Source of the DNA: Lingula anatina
Lineage: Eukaryota > Animalia > Brachiopoda
Assembly (NCBI GenBank): GCA_051362555.1
Contig: CM120646.1
Location: 9,176,001 to 9,240,000 of the forward strand
DNA: 64,000 bases
Reading direction: 5' to 3'
In this document: positions 13,985 to 25,180 of the stretch, in pieces
Layout of the letters: each line of letters opens with the position of its first letter
Position numbering within the stretch: the stretch's first letter is position 1
Notes under the pieces: generated by a model
What the model was told of the DNA's origin: nothing
What the model saw: only the letters and a program-made list of their open reading frames with translations
Databases searched by the model: none
Translations under genes and position numbers: made by a program

Positions 13985-15360
13985 TCCCACAATGAATATG
14001 CCAAAAAGATAATGAATATTACACTAAAATGTATAGCTTCCAGAAAAAGAAGCCAATTAGACTGCTTTTCCAACTCAGGCTGCATATTAGTCCTGTGTTT
14101 CTTTTTTGAAAGTTAGACAGTCATAAGTAACACAGTTTTCCCATAATGGTCATCAAGGCAGCAGCACCCAAAATTGTGTTTTCTTCTATTTTGATGCAAC
14201 ATTACATAATGCTTAACGGCATAATGACCATCGATTTTTAATAATAAAATATAAGTGTCATGAATTTTCAGAAAATGTGACTAGCATGGGTCTTCAAACC
14301 CGTGGAGGTTCTAAGTCACACCTTGGAAATGCCAATATGTGAAAAATTACATTTTCACAAAAAACTGTTTAATTGCCAGAAAAATTTACCAAACAGACTG
14401 CATTGCCTACTGAAGCTGTATTTTAGACCCATGTTTCTTTCCTGTAAGTTTGAGAACAGTAATTGACACGATTTTCCTTAAATGGTCATCATGGGAGCAG
14501 TGCCCAAAACAGGGGTTTCTTCAAATTTTGACGCAACATTACATAATGTTTAACAGCATAATGACCATCAATTTTTAATTATAAAATATTAGTATAACGC
14601 ATATTCAGAAAATGTGACAAGAAAGGTCTTCAGGATCATGGAACTTCAAAGTCATACATTGAAAATGCCAATATGTGAAAAATTAAATTTTCACAAAAAA
14701 ACTGCTTAACTACCTAGTACCAGAAAAATTTACCAAACAGACTGCATTGCCTACTGAAGCTGTATTTTAGTCCCATGTTTCTTTCCTGTAAGTTTGAGAA
14801 CAGTAAGTGACATGACTTTCCTTAAATGGTCATCATGGGAGCAGTGCCCAAAATAGGGGTTTCTTCAAATTTTGATGCAATATTACATAATGTTTTACAG
14901 CATAATGACCATCCATTTTTCATAATAAATTATACCTGTCATGGATTTTAAGAAAATGTGACTAGCATGGGTCTTCAAGCCCGTGGAGGTTCTAAGTCAC
15001 ACCTTGGAAATGCCAATAAGTAAAAAATTAAATTTTCACAAAAAACTGTTTAATTGCCAGAAAAATTTACCAAACAGACTGCATTGTCTACTGAAGCTGT
15101 ATTTTAGACCCATGTTTCTTTCCTGTAAGTTTGAGAACAGTAATTGACATAATTTTCCTTAAATGGTCATCATGGGAGCAGTGCCCAAAATAGGGGTTTC
15201 TTCAAATTTTGATGCAGCATTACAAATGTTTTGCAGCATAATGACAATCAATTTTTAATTATAAAATATTAGTATCATGGTTATTCAGAAAATGTGACTA
15301 GCAAAAGTCTTCAGGCCCATGGAACTTTAAAGTCACATATTGAAAATGCCAAAATGTAAA
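13985..15360. repeat. ~337-bp tandem repeat, ~4 copies, inside the HINE
   Basis: Anchor C(A/G)TGGA..TT...AAGTCA recurs at about 14301, 14638, 14982 and 15318, and also at 11251 and 11588. Confidence 0.85.
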
Positions 15361-17289
15361 CAAGACAGCACTGTTCTGAAATGGGTTTATTTCCATTTTT
15401 AACACTATTTTAACATAAAACAAAATAAACAGTTTACTGCCATTTTTATATGACCAATGAAGAAAATTGATGAGATGGGAAAAGTATCAATAGAACAGTG
15501 TTTAATGTCCAACTTCCTCCATTCTGAGATTCTGAACATAGTGGATGAATGCATCTGACAAACTGCAATGATATGAGTTTATTTCCATTTTTGACACTTT
15601 ATTACACAATACACGATAACAAGTTTACCATCATTTTTACATAATCAGCTAAAAATGTTGTAAAGATGCAGGAAATATCAAACAAACACTTTTACATTTG
15701 TTATTAGTTCAATTATGAGACTGTTAACATGCCTAAGAATTGAATCTGAGGAATTGTGAAAAAACAGCATAACTCCTAAAATAATGGCCCGATTATACTG
15801 ATTTTTGAACTCAACCTGCATTTTAGTAAGATTGACCACTCCTGTGAGTACAATGACAATTGGCCAATCTGTTTTTCTTATATTGTGTTTACGGTGTTGC
15901 ATATATGCTGAAAAAAGTGAAAAAAAAGCATAACTTCCCTAAAAATTACCCGATCATGCTGATTTTCGAACTTGACCTGCGTATTATGAATATTCATCAG
16001 TTCTGTAAGTTTCAAGTCAAAAGGTAAAATGGTTTTCCACTTATCGTGTTATCGGTGCTGCATACATGCTGAAAAAAGTGAAAAAACAGCATAAATTCCC
16101 TAAAAGTGACCCGATCATGCTGATTTTCGAACTTGACCTGCGTATTATGAATATTCATCAGTTCTGTAAGTTTCAAGCCAAAAGAAAAAAACAGTTTTCC
16201 ACTTATCGTGTTATCGGTAAAAGTGCACGGCGACGACGGCAACGACGGCGACGACAGACGCAGATGAAGGCTATATGTACAGACACATCTGTGTCTGTAC
16301 ATAAAAATGGTGTTGGAGTATTTAGATAATTACGCTAGGTAGGTCAGTGTTCTATTGCTCACATTCCCAGTTTACAAGATGATCGGTTGTTTAGTTGTTA
16401 TATATTAAATAGCAAAATAAAAACTGTGCGACCCTTGTTGCAATGTACATGATTGCACTTGGGGTGCTCTTTTTTTTTTTTGCTAGGAAATTATATTTCA
16501 TCTTAAATGTCAAGTCTGTATATTAATATATTATAAATAAATAAGTAAAGCACATTTTGCAAAATGTTGTATCTAGATTTTTACATGTGGAAGAGAAGAA
16601 GAATATAGTAACTAGCATAGGGTTTGGACAATTTAAATAACCGCGAACTATGGGTACGACAAATAACTAAATTTGTACATATATTATTACACACCAAACT
16701 AAACAGAGTAAAGAAAGTAACCGTCAACCCTTGGATTGTAGATGCAAGTAATCAAGTCTAGGAGCAAGTTTAATATTCAAGTGGAGCTGAGGGTATATAA
16801 TATGTGACCTGTAACAAGTCTGGAATTCTTACTATGATCAATGAGTGCCAGACACCATATTTATAGCTGCGCGAGGGCGAGTTGCATAGAATAGAAATAA
16901 AAAAGTGAAGGCAAAACAATTCACCGGTTTGTCAAAAAAGATTGTAAAATTAGTAGAATTGCGTGTACATATCAATTTTCAAAATTGATAATACGATAAA
17001 ATACTGCAACGAACGAAATTTAGTTATAACAGACTTGGGCTGCAATATTTGCTCTTAGGGCTCTTTCACAACATGATTGTGACGGGGTCCACAAATTTCT
17101 TCACATTGTGCTTGTGGAGACAGCAATGATCGATAGAGGGAGCTCACTTGCTTATTATTTCTTATCACTTCTCATAAGTGTCAAAACTTTATCTTAACTC
17201 GACATGTTTGTACTACATACACTTATTTTCAATGAGTCCGAATGAAGAAGTGACTAAATCAGAGAATTAGAAAATATACTCAAATCAAT

Positions 17290-17483
17290 GATGTGATTTT
17301 TTCTTCAGTCAACAGCTAATATTTCGATGTCTATCAGGACATCTTCTTCAGGGAATGAAGAAGATGTCCTGATAGACATCGTAATATTGGAGGTAAAACC
17401 TAACTCAGTATTAGCTGTTGACTGAAGAAAAAATCACATCATTCTTATAACTTAACACAGCTGATGAAATTTCTCTGACTTAC
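17290..17483. mobile_element. Penelope-like inverted terminal remnant with hammerhead-like core
   Basis: Inverted arms of ~64 bp around GGGAA (17351-17355); 14-bp direct repeat ATACTCAAATCAAT at 17276-17289 and 17484-17497; minus strand reads CTGAAGA-A-GATGTC-ctgata-GACATC-GAAA. Confidence 0.65.
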
Positions 17484-18231
17484 ATACTCAAATCAATATT
17501 AGGTCTTGCTCGTGAACTGTCGGTATTTATTCAGTGGGTATCTACTAAATGCGTTCAGAAAAAAATTAGAATCAGTTGATGATAATATTTTTCTTAATAG
17601 AACAAATTGCTATACATTTTCATACGTTATACTTCAGTGGCAGCTATATGCTTGTTCACAACATAGCATTTGTCTTCATCAACTTGTGTGAATTTCATTT
17701 ACAGTGAATATGAAAAGTATCATCATGTACTACTGTAGTACATCTAACTACTACACGTCCCTGCATACGATACATTTCTTTTGGGAATTCACGTCATTGA
17801 AGTAAGTCATCTATTAATTTTCATAACACAAATTTTGTGTATATATCGTTCTGAATATATTTGACCTGAGTTTTTATTCCGTTTTAGTCTTCATGAGCTA
17901 ATTACAAAAATTCAAATTGTCTTAAGTATGTCAGTTGTCCTAATTTTCCTTGTGTTCCGTTCATGAAAGTAGCGTCCGGACTAGTTTTGGTCTTACAAAG
18001 AATATGGATAGTCTACATTAAATTTCTCTATTGTGCAAATTGCATTGAAGACAATTGTATCGTCTAGTACATATATACGCTCAGAGAATTTAATGCTTTC
18101 CCCCTTATTCTTTCGTTATAAAGGCCTCTATTTTGCGAATATCCTCCCCCTGTTCCATTTCTGCGCATAGGGTGGCTAAGAGTTAATCGTTAATTTCGTA
18201 TAGATATTATATAGATTATAGTTATGATGCC

Positions 18232-18399
18232 TTAGCTGTTGTTCACTATCTTCTGAACCAAAGGCCCCAGTGTGGTGGTCACATAGCGCTGGAGTAATGA
18301 GCAATGTTCCCGGGTGTCCGTTACCAGATGGTCGTCCCACAGCACGATCCCATCTGTGCCTAGTGATTTCGACTGAGCAATAGTGGCATTCAATTCTAT
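18232..18399 (-). CDS. Hyaluronidase (GH56) coding exon 5 (last)
   Basis: tttgtttttAG acceptor; IELNATIAQSKSLGTDGIVLWDD...CSLLQRYVTTTLGPLVQKIVNNS*; 168 nt, phase 0. Confidence 0.9.
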   Translation of the reverse strand: MELNATIAQSKSLGTDGIVLWDDHLVTDTREHCSLLQRYVTTTLGPLVQKIVNNS

Positions 18400-18565
18400 C
18401 TAAAAACAAATAGAATCCCGCATGGACATATACTAATTAAATGAACGACACTGTTAAACATATTTTCAAATTATTGTTGAAGAACTTGCTAAAATTTTTG
18501 TCTGAGAATGTTATGTTAAGCGATTTATTTTTTGCAATAAAGATACATTGATTGCAATATCTTAC

Positions 18566-18776
18566 CAAAGAGTACCACGTGAGTGTGTCAGGGTGCCTGA
18601 ATCTACTGTACAGAAATACCGGCATGGCCCTTGGACTTAAGCCGACGTACTGTCGTATGCGTAGTGCCTCTTGTTTCTTGTGGCGTACAAATGCCGTCTT
18701 CCATTTAATATCGTATTTTGAGTCAAGATAAGCTGATGGGAGTAAGACTGTGCTTTCCTTGAAAAGCCATTCAAGC
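18566..18776 (-). CDS. Hyaluronidase coding exon 4
   Basis: ttttaacAG ... GTAAG; LEWLFKESTVLLPSAYL...EALRI...PVFLYSR; 211 nt, phases consistent with neighbours. Confidence 0.92.
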
Positions 18777-19165
18777 CTGTTAAAAATTAACAGTTCGTAA
18801 GTAAATTGTTATACCTGAATGTTCACAAAAATAAGTTTTACTTATAATTTGTTGAAAGCGCATGGATGGTTTTAAAAGTGAATTTCACAATAAGATTAAT
18901 TACATTGAATAATGACAATGTTTATTAAGATACTGTTTACGTACTGCTGGTTTCAGCAATTCTGTTTTCACGCATTAGTATACTGCACTGCATAAATTGT
19001 TTCGACACAATAATGTAGAAATTTTGGTGAGTCTCTCAACACATGTATAAAAGCCTGCTTATTATTTGAAAACGACAAAATTATGCAGAAAGAGGGAGAC
19101 AATGGGAGAAAGAGACAGGATAAATATCTGGAGGTAGCTAAGAAGGCTGTATCTATGGTACGTAC

Positions 19166-19309
19166 TCGTTATTTCTTTCTTTCACAATATCTGTGCAGTC
19201 GTGTATCTGTGGACCATTGTAATTGTAACAGTCTGGGTACAGGTAAAAACCCCAACGCGCCTTGGGTCTCTCGGCAAGAGCCACTTGCAGAGTGCTTAAC
19301 ATTAATCTC
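19166..19309 (-). CDS. Hyaluronidase coding exon 3
   Basis: RLMLSTLQVALAERPKARWGFYLYPDCYNY...C...RNN; donor GTACGT; 144 nt, phase 2/2. Confidence 0.92.
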
Positions 19310-19463
19310 CTTCCAAGTATAAAAACTTTATCGTTCACATTTTATAAAATTGTCAAAAGATTAAATTTGATTCAAATTTGACATTACTGGCTTTGTTTCT
19401 TCAAAGAATAGGAATGTTTATTAAAATTTTTAATATAAAAAGAAAAGAAAAAAGAAAACCCAC

Positions 19464-19708
19464 TTTGCAGCAGATTGCCACTCTCTTTTCGCCTCTGATT
19501 CTACTGTGGTTTCATTCCAGTCGGGATGTCTGCTTCGTACCAGATCTAAAGATGCATTCTTATAGATTAATCTCGTATCCCATAATCTCTCCCAAGTGGG
19601 AACCCACGACTCCCAATCTATGACAGCAAGCCCGCTGAAATCTGGACTTGGGATAGATACTTTAATGTCAGCTATGCACTTTTTTAAGTGTTTCTCGATA
19701 TCAACAAG
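19464..19708 (-). CDS. Hyaluronidase coding exon 2 (catalytic DWE motif)
   Basis: attttcAG ... GTGGGT; LVDIEKHLKKCIADIKVSIPSPDFSGLAVIDWESWVPTWERLW...WQSAA; 245 nt. Missed by the ORF track. Confidence 0.93.
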
Positions 19709-20322
19709 CTGAAAATAGATTTTTTTTATTTCTCATTGGATTTCCTATCCTAAACTCAATGCTATGTAACTAAAACATATGTATTGGTCTCAGTGCATGT
19801 TCTGATGTATGTACCCCCATACTTTCAGACACCTTGTTGTGAGATTTCAACGCTCAGAAGTGATGTGAAAGACATACTTAATACAACTATGTACATGTGT
19901 ACACGACCAGTCATGTAGGAAGGCACCTTTAGAAGACGGAGTAGCCCTAGCGTACCGAAGCTATCTGAAGGTTTTTAGCAAGGTGCGCTGTCAAAACAAA
20001 CGTCGTTAGAGGCCCAGTCTTGGATGGTGTTATTTTGATAAGAAAGATTTTAACCAAGGCATGAGCCGACCACACCCAAACACCAACTACATGTACATGT
20101 AGCTGCTCGAAGTGTGCCATTCAGTTAATCTGACTGCATTCAGCAAGAGTCCCCTAGAACGTAAGCTATGCGTGGAATACTTAAAACATTTTCGTGAGCA
20201 TAGTGAAATGTACTTGACGTTGAGGAAAAAATGTGTCAGTAAAAAAAACGTGCTTCTCGTAATACTCCTTTAGCGCAGTCCTTTTTTGTTAGTATTTTAA
20301 TTATTAAAATAACTTAAGGATA

Positions 20323-20629
20323 CCTGCACGAAAATGCAGTAGTATCAAAGTAGCAAAAAAGCAGTGGTGTGGAGCATATTTGCAGTAGAAATGCAGCATA
20401 GCCTACTGCAATTCTACTCCAAAAAGTACATAGGGTTGTACAAAGAGGAGCATTAATGCAGTAGATTAGCAGCATGATAGAAGCATGTTTCAAATATGCT
20501 AATTAGCTCCCAAATCGAAGCAGATTTGAAGCATGTTTGCAGTATGATTGCAGTAGTCTACTGCGGTTTGCAGTATGAATGCAGTAGTCTACTGCGCTGG
20601 AGTATCTAAGTACTGCGTTTTCTTGCGGG
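20323..20629. mobile_element. MITE with TA target duplication, in hyaluronidase intron 1
   Basis: TIR CCTGCACGAAAATGCAGTA vs CCCGCAAGAAAACGCAGTA (16/19); TA on both sides; internal GCAGTAGTCTACTGC palindromes. Confidence 0.8.
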
Positions 20630-21057
20630 TATTGTCACCCTTCGCCCAAAACTTATTAACTGCCTTACATACATTCGTTTGGATAACAAAGTTATGCCCC
20701 ATATATACCGATTGCTACAGTTGTGTATCTTGCCTCAAAATAGCAAGGTGTCCGATTGTCGATTAAAACTTTGAGTTGCCTATGCTTATACATTGCAACG
20801 AAAAAAGCGCAAAGATAGATGTATTATTGAATAATTAGATGCAGGAAAAAAAACCTCATTTTCGGTATCTGGATGATAATAAAGGGTTGTACAATATCCT
20901 TAAAGTGTAAATTGCGTGTAGAAGAGACATAATTTCAGAGATATCTATCAACTCAGCATTTTTTTCAATGTGAGAGTTCAACCCCGTGAAGAGATGAAAG
21001 AGTTGATATGTTAAATACATTTTTGATATAGGGGGGCAAATTTATATGTAATACTAC

Positions 21058-21577
21058 CTGCGGTAAGCCGCCATGGACCCTTGATCGGTTTTGCAATATA
21101 TTTGGATAATAACCAAGTTCGTCCTCATAGAATATATTTATAATATTTCCATTCCATTCCATATTGCTGTTTGATGTTATATTATAATGTGATAGATTCA
21201 ATTCTATTCCATATTGTACGCACTTTAAAGAAGGGACGTTCCAAATAACAAAAAATGTTTTGTTCCCAATCTTTGGGTTTTTTTTCACTTTCCGTCCAAT
21301 AATCGAGCGTATGGTCTCCATGTAAGTGCCCAGATGTGTTGAAAGGTGAATCGGTACGAATTCTGAGGGTAGCGTGCGATTCCTTGGTCTGGTTGACTGT
21401 CGCAGTACGAATACGTTCTGACTGATCTGGGAATGACATGCGTGAATTGCTGCCGTGGTCCCTGACAACATACGGAATGCTTTGCCAATTTGTAATAAGG
21501 CCCACACGGAGACAGCCCTGGTGAAACCAGAAAATGGAGACCAGGACGAAAAAGAAAAGCGTAGTTTGAGCTTCCAT
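21058..21577 (-). CDS. Hyaluronidase coding exon 1 (hydrophobic leader, linker, start of GH56 domain); one extra base in an A8 run
   Basis: MEAQTTLFFFVLVSIFWF leader in one frame; FFVIWNVPSLKC...IFYEDELGYYPNI...HGGLPQ then GTAGT donor in another. Span is 520 nt (173 codons +1); removing one base from the run at 21278-21285 joins them. Full protein ~428 aa. Confidence 0.88.
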
Positions 21578-21971
21578 TTGTGTGCACACTTAATAGTACA
21601 GGTTATAATACAGAGGCCTATCACATACTTCTCACGAGGCTAAGTTATGAAGTTTTACGATAATAAAGTTGAAGGGGCTGCAGTGTAATTCAGGGCGCTT
21701 TTATTGCTTTATTGCCCTATTTACGAGCGATAAACTTGTATACTATAAAGAAGAGGTTCGTTGATTACCTATGCAGTTGGTGGAATCTGAAGATGGGCTT
21801 ATCAACCACTTCATGATCTACATGTATTATCTGGACACAATTGCGGCAATTAGTCAGTCTCAAATACTGCTTAAGTCGTCAAGTAGTCATACAGTTTATA
21901 ACTAGTTTGTATCACCTACTGAAACAAAATGTGCATAAAATAAAGAATTATGAAAATGAACAACAGTTGTT

Positions 21972-21990
21972 GGGGGGGGGGGGGGGGGGG
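21972..21990. repeat. G19 homopolymer
   Basis: Seen directly, ~400 bp upstream of the hyaluronidase ATG. Confidence 0.97.
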
Positions 21991-22129
21991 TCAAATTTAT
22001 CACAATATCAGACTTACATTTGTAACCCAGTTGAGAAATGTTCTGTTTTTGATCAAGTACATGTGGCTTTTACAGTCCATGAAACTGAATCACATGCTAG
22101 CTTTTCAATGTCCATGTTACCTATAGTAC

Positions 22130-22334
22130 ATGATTTTCGTTATGTGAATTTGAACTCTCATGGTCCTGAAACTGTAATTATATTGACCATGTTACCTGTT
22201 GTGCATGATTAAAATTCAGTGTTGATCGACTGTACTTTTATTCCATAATTATTTATTATTGCATCAAAAAATTGACAAAATGCCTTATTTTCTGCATATT
22301 TATTTTCTGTTTTTCAGCTTTGCTGCCTTGTTTT
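22130..22334 (+). mobile_element. 3' end of the same HINE family, inverted relative to 12331-12700
   Basis: Reverse complement of ~12331-12492 and ~12661-12700; ends CAGCTTTGCTGCCTTGTTTT at 22315-22334; the GTCTGTACATTTGA segment is deleted in this copy. Confidence 0.88.
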
Positions 22335-23610
22335 CTATTCATTTTGATCACTGCGCATATTTATGTTGTCACTGTATATCTTTCTACCCATTTTAATTAT
22401 TGTACATGTTAGTATTTATTATTACACTGTATTTTTATGTTATTACTGTATGTGCCTGCATATATCACTGTTTTTGACTAAGTTTTCACTGTAAATATAT
22501 GCGCAGTTTTGGTTGTCACTGATATTTTTTGTGTTTATATGTATTATGATTGAAGTGTTCAATATGTGTTATTTCTTTGTGTATGTATAATGTTTTCCCA
22601 TCACTGTGTTTGTTCGTGTTGTTGTTTCTATACATTTGTAACTGTACATGTTTGTATTTCTTCTGATCACTGTGTATGTTTCTGACTGATGTGTACATTC
22701 TGTGTTGTCAGTGTACACTGTATGTGTCTAATTAATTTTATAGTCCTACCACCTTTTATGTCTATGTTTGTATTTATTCTGATTACTGTGTATGTTTGCA
22801 TTGTGACTGTATTATTTTTGTATTCATTTGAATACTGTGCATGTTTGTGTTGTCACTGTACATGTTTGTATTTATTTTGATCACTGTGTATGTTCATATT
22901 CTTAATGTGTTTTTTTGTATATATTGTGATCATTGTTTAAGTCTTTGTTGTCACTGTACACATTTTCATACCCCAATATATTCTCATTGCTGCTGTGTAC
23001 AGCATTTGTTGTCACTAGTAAAATTTGGGTTTATATGTACTCTAATTGACGTGTTAAATCTGTGTTATCACTGTGTGTGCCTTTATAATATATTCTGATC
23101 TCTGTGGTGATGTTTATTTTCACTGTATGTGTTCATATGTATTCTGATCACTGTGTATATCTATATTGTCGCTGCATGTGTTCATATATGTGTATGGCTG
23201 TATTTTCACTATTATATATTTTTGCTCATTTTGATTACTGTGCACATCTGAGTTATCACTATACATTTTAATCATTGATCACTGTGTATGTTTGTGTTAT
23301 TACTGTATGTGATCAATATGTATGTCTGTGATGTCATTATATATATTTGCATATATTGTTATCACACAAACTGTATTGTCACAGTAAACATATGTGTCTG
23401 TTCTTGTTTTTTTATGTACATTCTTTGTTGTCACTATTGATTCATATTATATTCTGACCACCTAGACTGTCTATGGTTTCCCCATATGTGTTTGCATATA
23501 TTATCACTGTATGTGTTTCTAATGTATTCTGTTCACTATTTTGTGACTGTATTTGTTTGTATTCTTTTGTACTGTACCTGTTTGTGTTATCAATGTGCAT
23601 ACTTGTATTT
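22335..23610. repeat. Degenerate margin of the 49-bp satellite
   Basis: Recurrent (TG)ATCACTGT/GTCACTGT and TGTACAT words with irregular spacing, converging on the consensus by ~23610. Confidence 0.8.
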
Positions 23611-25078
23611 ATCATGATCACTGCGTATGTTTATGTTGTTACTGTTTGTGTCTGTACATATTATGATCATTGTGTTTGCTTATGTTATTACTGTTTGTGT
23701 CTGTACATATTATGATCACTGTGTTTGATTATGTTGTTAATGTTTGTGTCTGTACATATTGTGATCACTGTATGTGCTTATGTTATAACTGTTTGTGTCA
23801 CTGTTTGTGTTTATGTTATTACCTTTTGTGTCTGTACATATTATAATCACTGTGTTTGTTTATGTTATTACTGTTTGTGTCACTGTTTCTGTTTATGTTA
23901 TTACCTTTTGTGTCTGTACATATTAATTTCACTGTGTTTGTTTATGTTGTTTATGTTTATGTCTGTATATATTGTGATCACTGTATGTGTTTATGTTGTT
24001 ACTGTTTGTGTCTGTATATATTGTGATCACTGCATGTGCTTATGTTGTTATTGTTTGTGTCTGTACATATCATTATCAATGTATGTGTTTATGTTATTAC
24101 TGTTTGTGTCACTGTTTGTGTTTATGTTATTACCTTTTGTGTCTGTAATATTATACTGTGTTTGTTTATGTTGTAACTGTTTGTACATATTATGATCACT
24201 GTGAGTGTGTATGTTGTTACTGTTTGTGTCTGTACATATTATGATCACTGTGTTTGTTTATGTTGTTAATGTTTGTGTCTGTACATATTGTGATCACTGT
24301 ATGTGTTCATGTTGTTACTGTTTGTGTCTGTACATATTATGATCACTGTGTTTGTTTATGTTGTTAATGTTTTGTCTGTACATATTGTGATCACTGTATG
24401 TGTTCATGTTGTTACTGTTTGTGTCTGTACATATTATAATCACTGTGTTTGTTTATGTTGTTAATGTTTGTTTCTGTATATATTGTGATCAATGTATGTG
24501 CTTATGTTGTTAGTGTTTGTGTCTGTACATATTATGATCACTATGTTTGTTTATGTAGTTAATGTTTGTGTTTGTATATATAATGATCACTGTGAGTGTT
24601 TTTGTTGTTACTGTTTGTGTTTGCACATTTTATAATCACTGTGTGTGTTTATGTTGTTACTGTTCGTGTTCGTACATATTGTGATCACTGTATGTGTTTA
24701 TGTTGTTACTGTTGTGTCTGTACATATCATGATCACTGTATGTGTTTATGTTGTTACTGTCTGTGTCTGTGCATATTATGATCACTGTGTATGCTTATGT
24801 TGTTACTGTTTGTATCAGTACATTTTGTGAACACTATGTGTGGTTATGTTGTTAATGTTTGTGTCTGTACATATCATTATCCCTGTATGTGTTTATGTTA
24901 TTACTGTTTGGATCTGTACATATTGTTATCACTATATGTGTTTATGTTATTACTGTTAGTGTCTGTACATATTATGATCACTATCTTTGCTTATGTTGTA
25001 ACTGCTTGTACATATTATGATCACTGTGAGTGGTTATGTTTGTTACTGTTTGTGTCTGTACATTTTATAATCACTATG

Positions 25079-25180
25079 CAGGGCCGTAGCCTGAGCAAAA
25101 TGCCAAGGGGGAGCAGTAAGTGGACACGAGGGGGCGAAGCCCCCGAGGGGGGAGGGGGTCGGAGGGGGTGTCCTCCTCAG
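25079..25180. mobile_element. Single end of a hAT-like MITE stranded in the satellite
   Basis: GC-rich 102-bp island beginning CAGGGCCGTAGC; no matching opposite TIR or TSD. Confidence 0.55.

Larger units (their letters stand above)
12331..16307 (-). mobile_element. Non-autonomous Helentron (HINE/DINE-1-like), ~4 kb, with internal tandem arrays
   Basis: Read on minus: T-run, 14-bp perfect palindrome 16274-16303, CGACGG/GACA microsatellite 16228-16260, ~161-bp and ~337-bp tandem cores, subterminal repeat ATGTACAGACA 12354-12364, hairpin GGCAGC-aaa-GCTGTC 12337-12351, and terminal CTTGTTT. This is the established HINE layout. Confidence 0.8.

Noticed and set aside
20965-21624. 219-aa ORF as a complete protein
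   Set aside because: Only about 21290-21058 is hyaluronidase; the N-terminal part is out of frame and the tail is intron.
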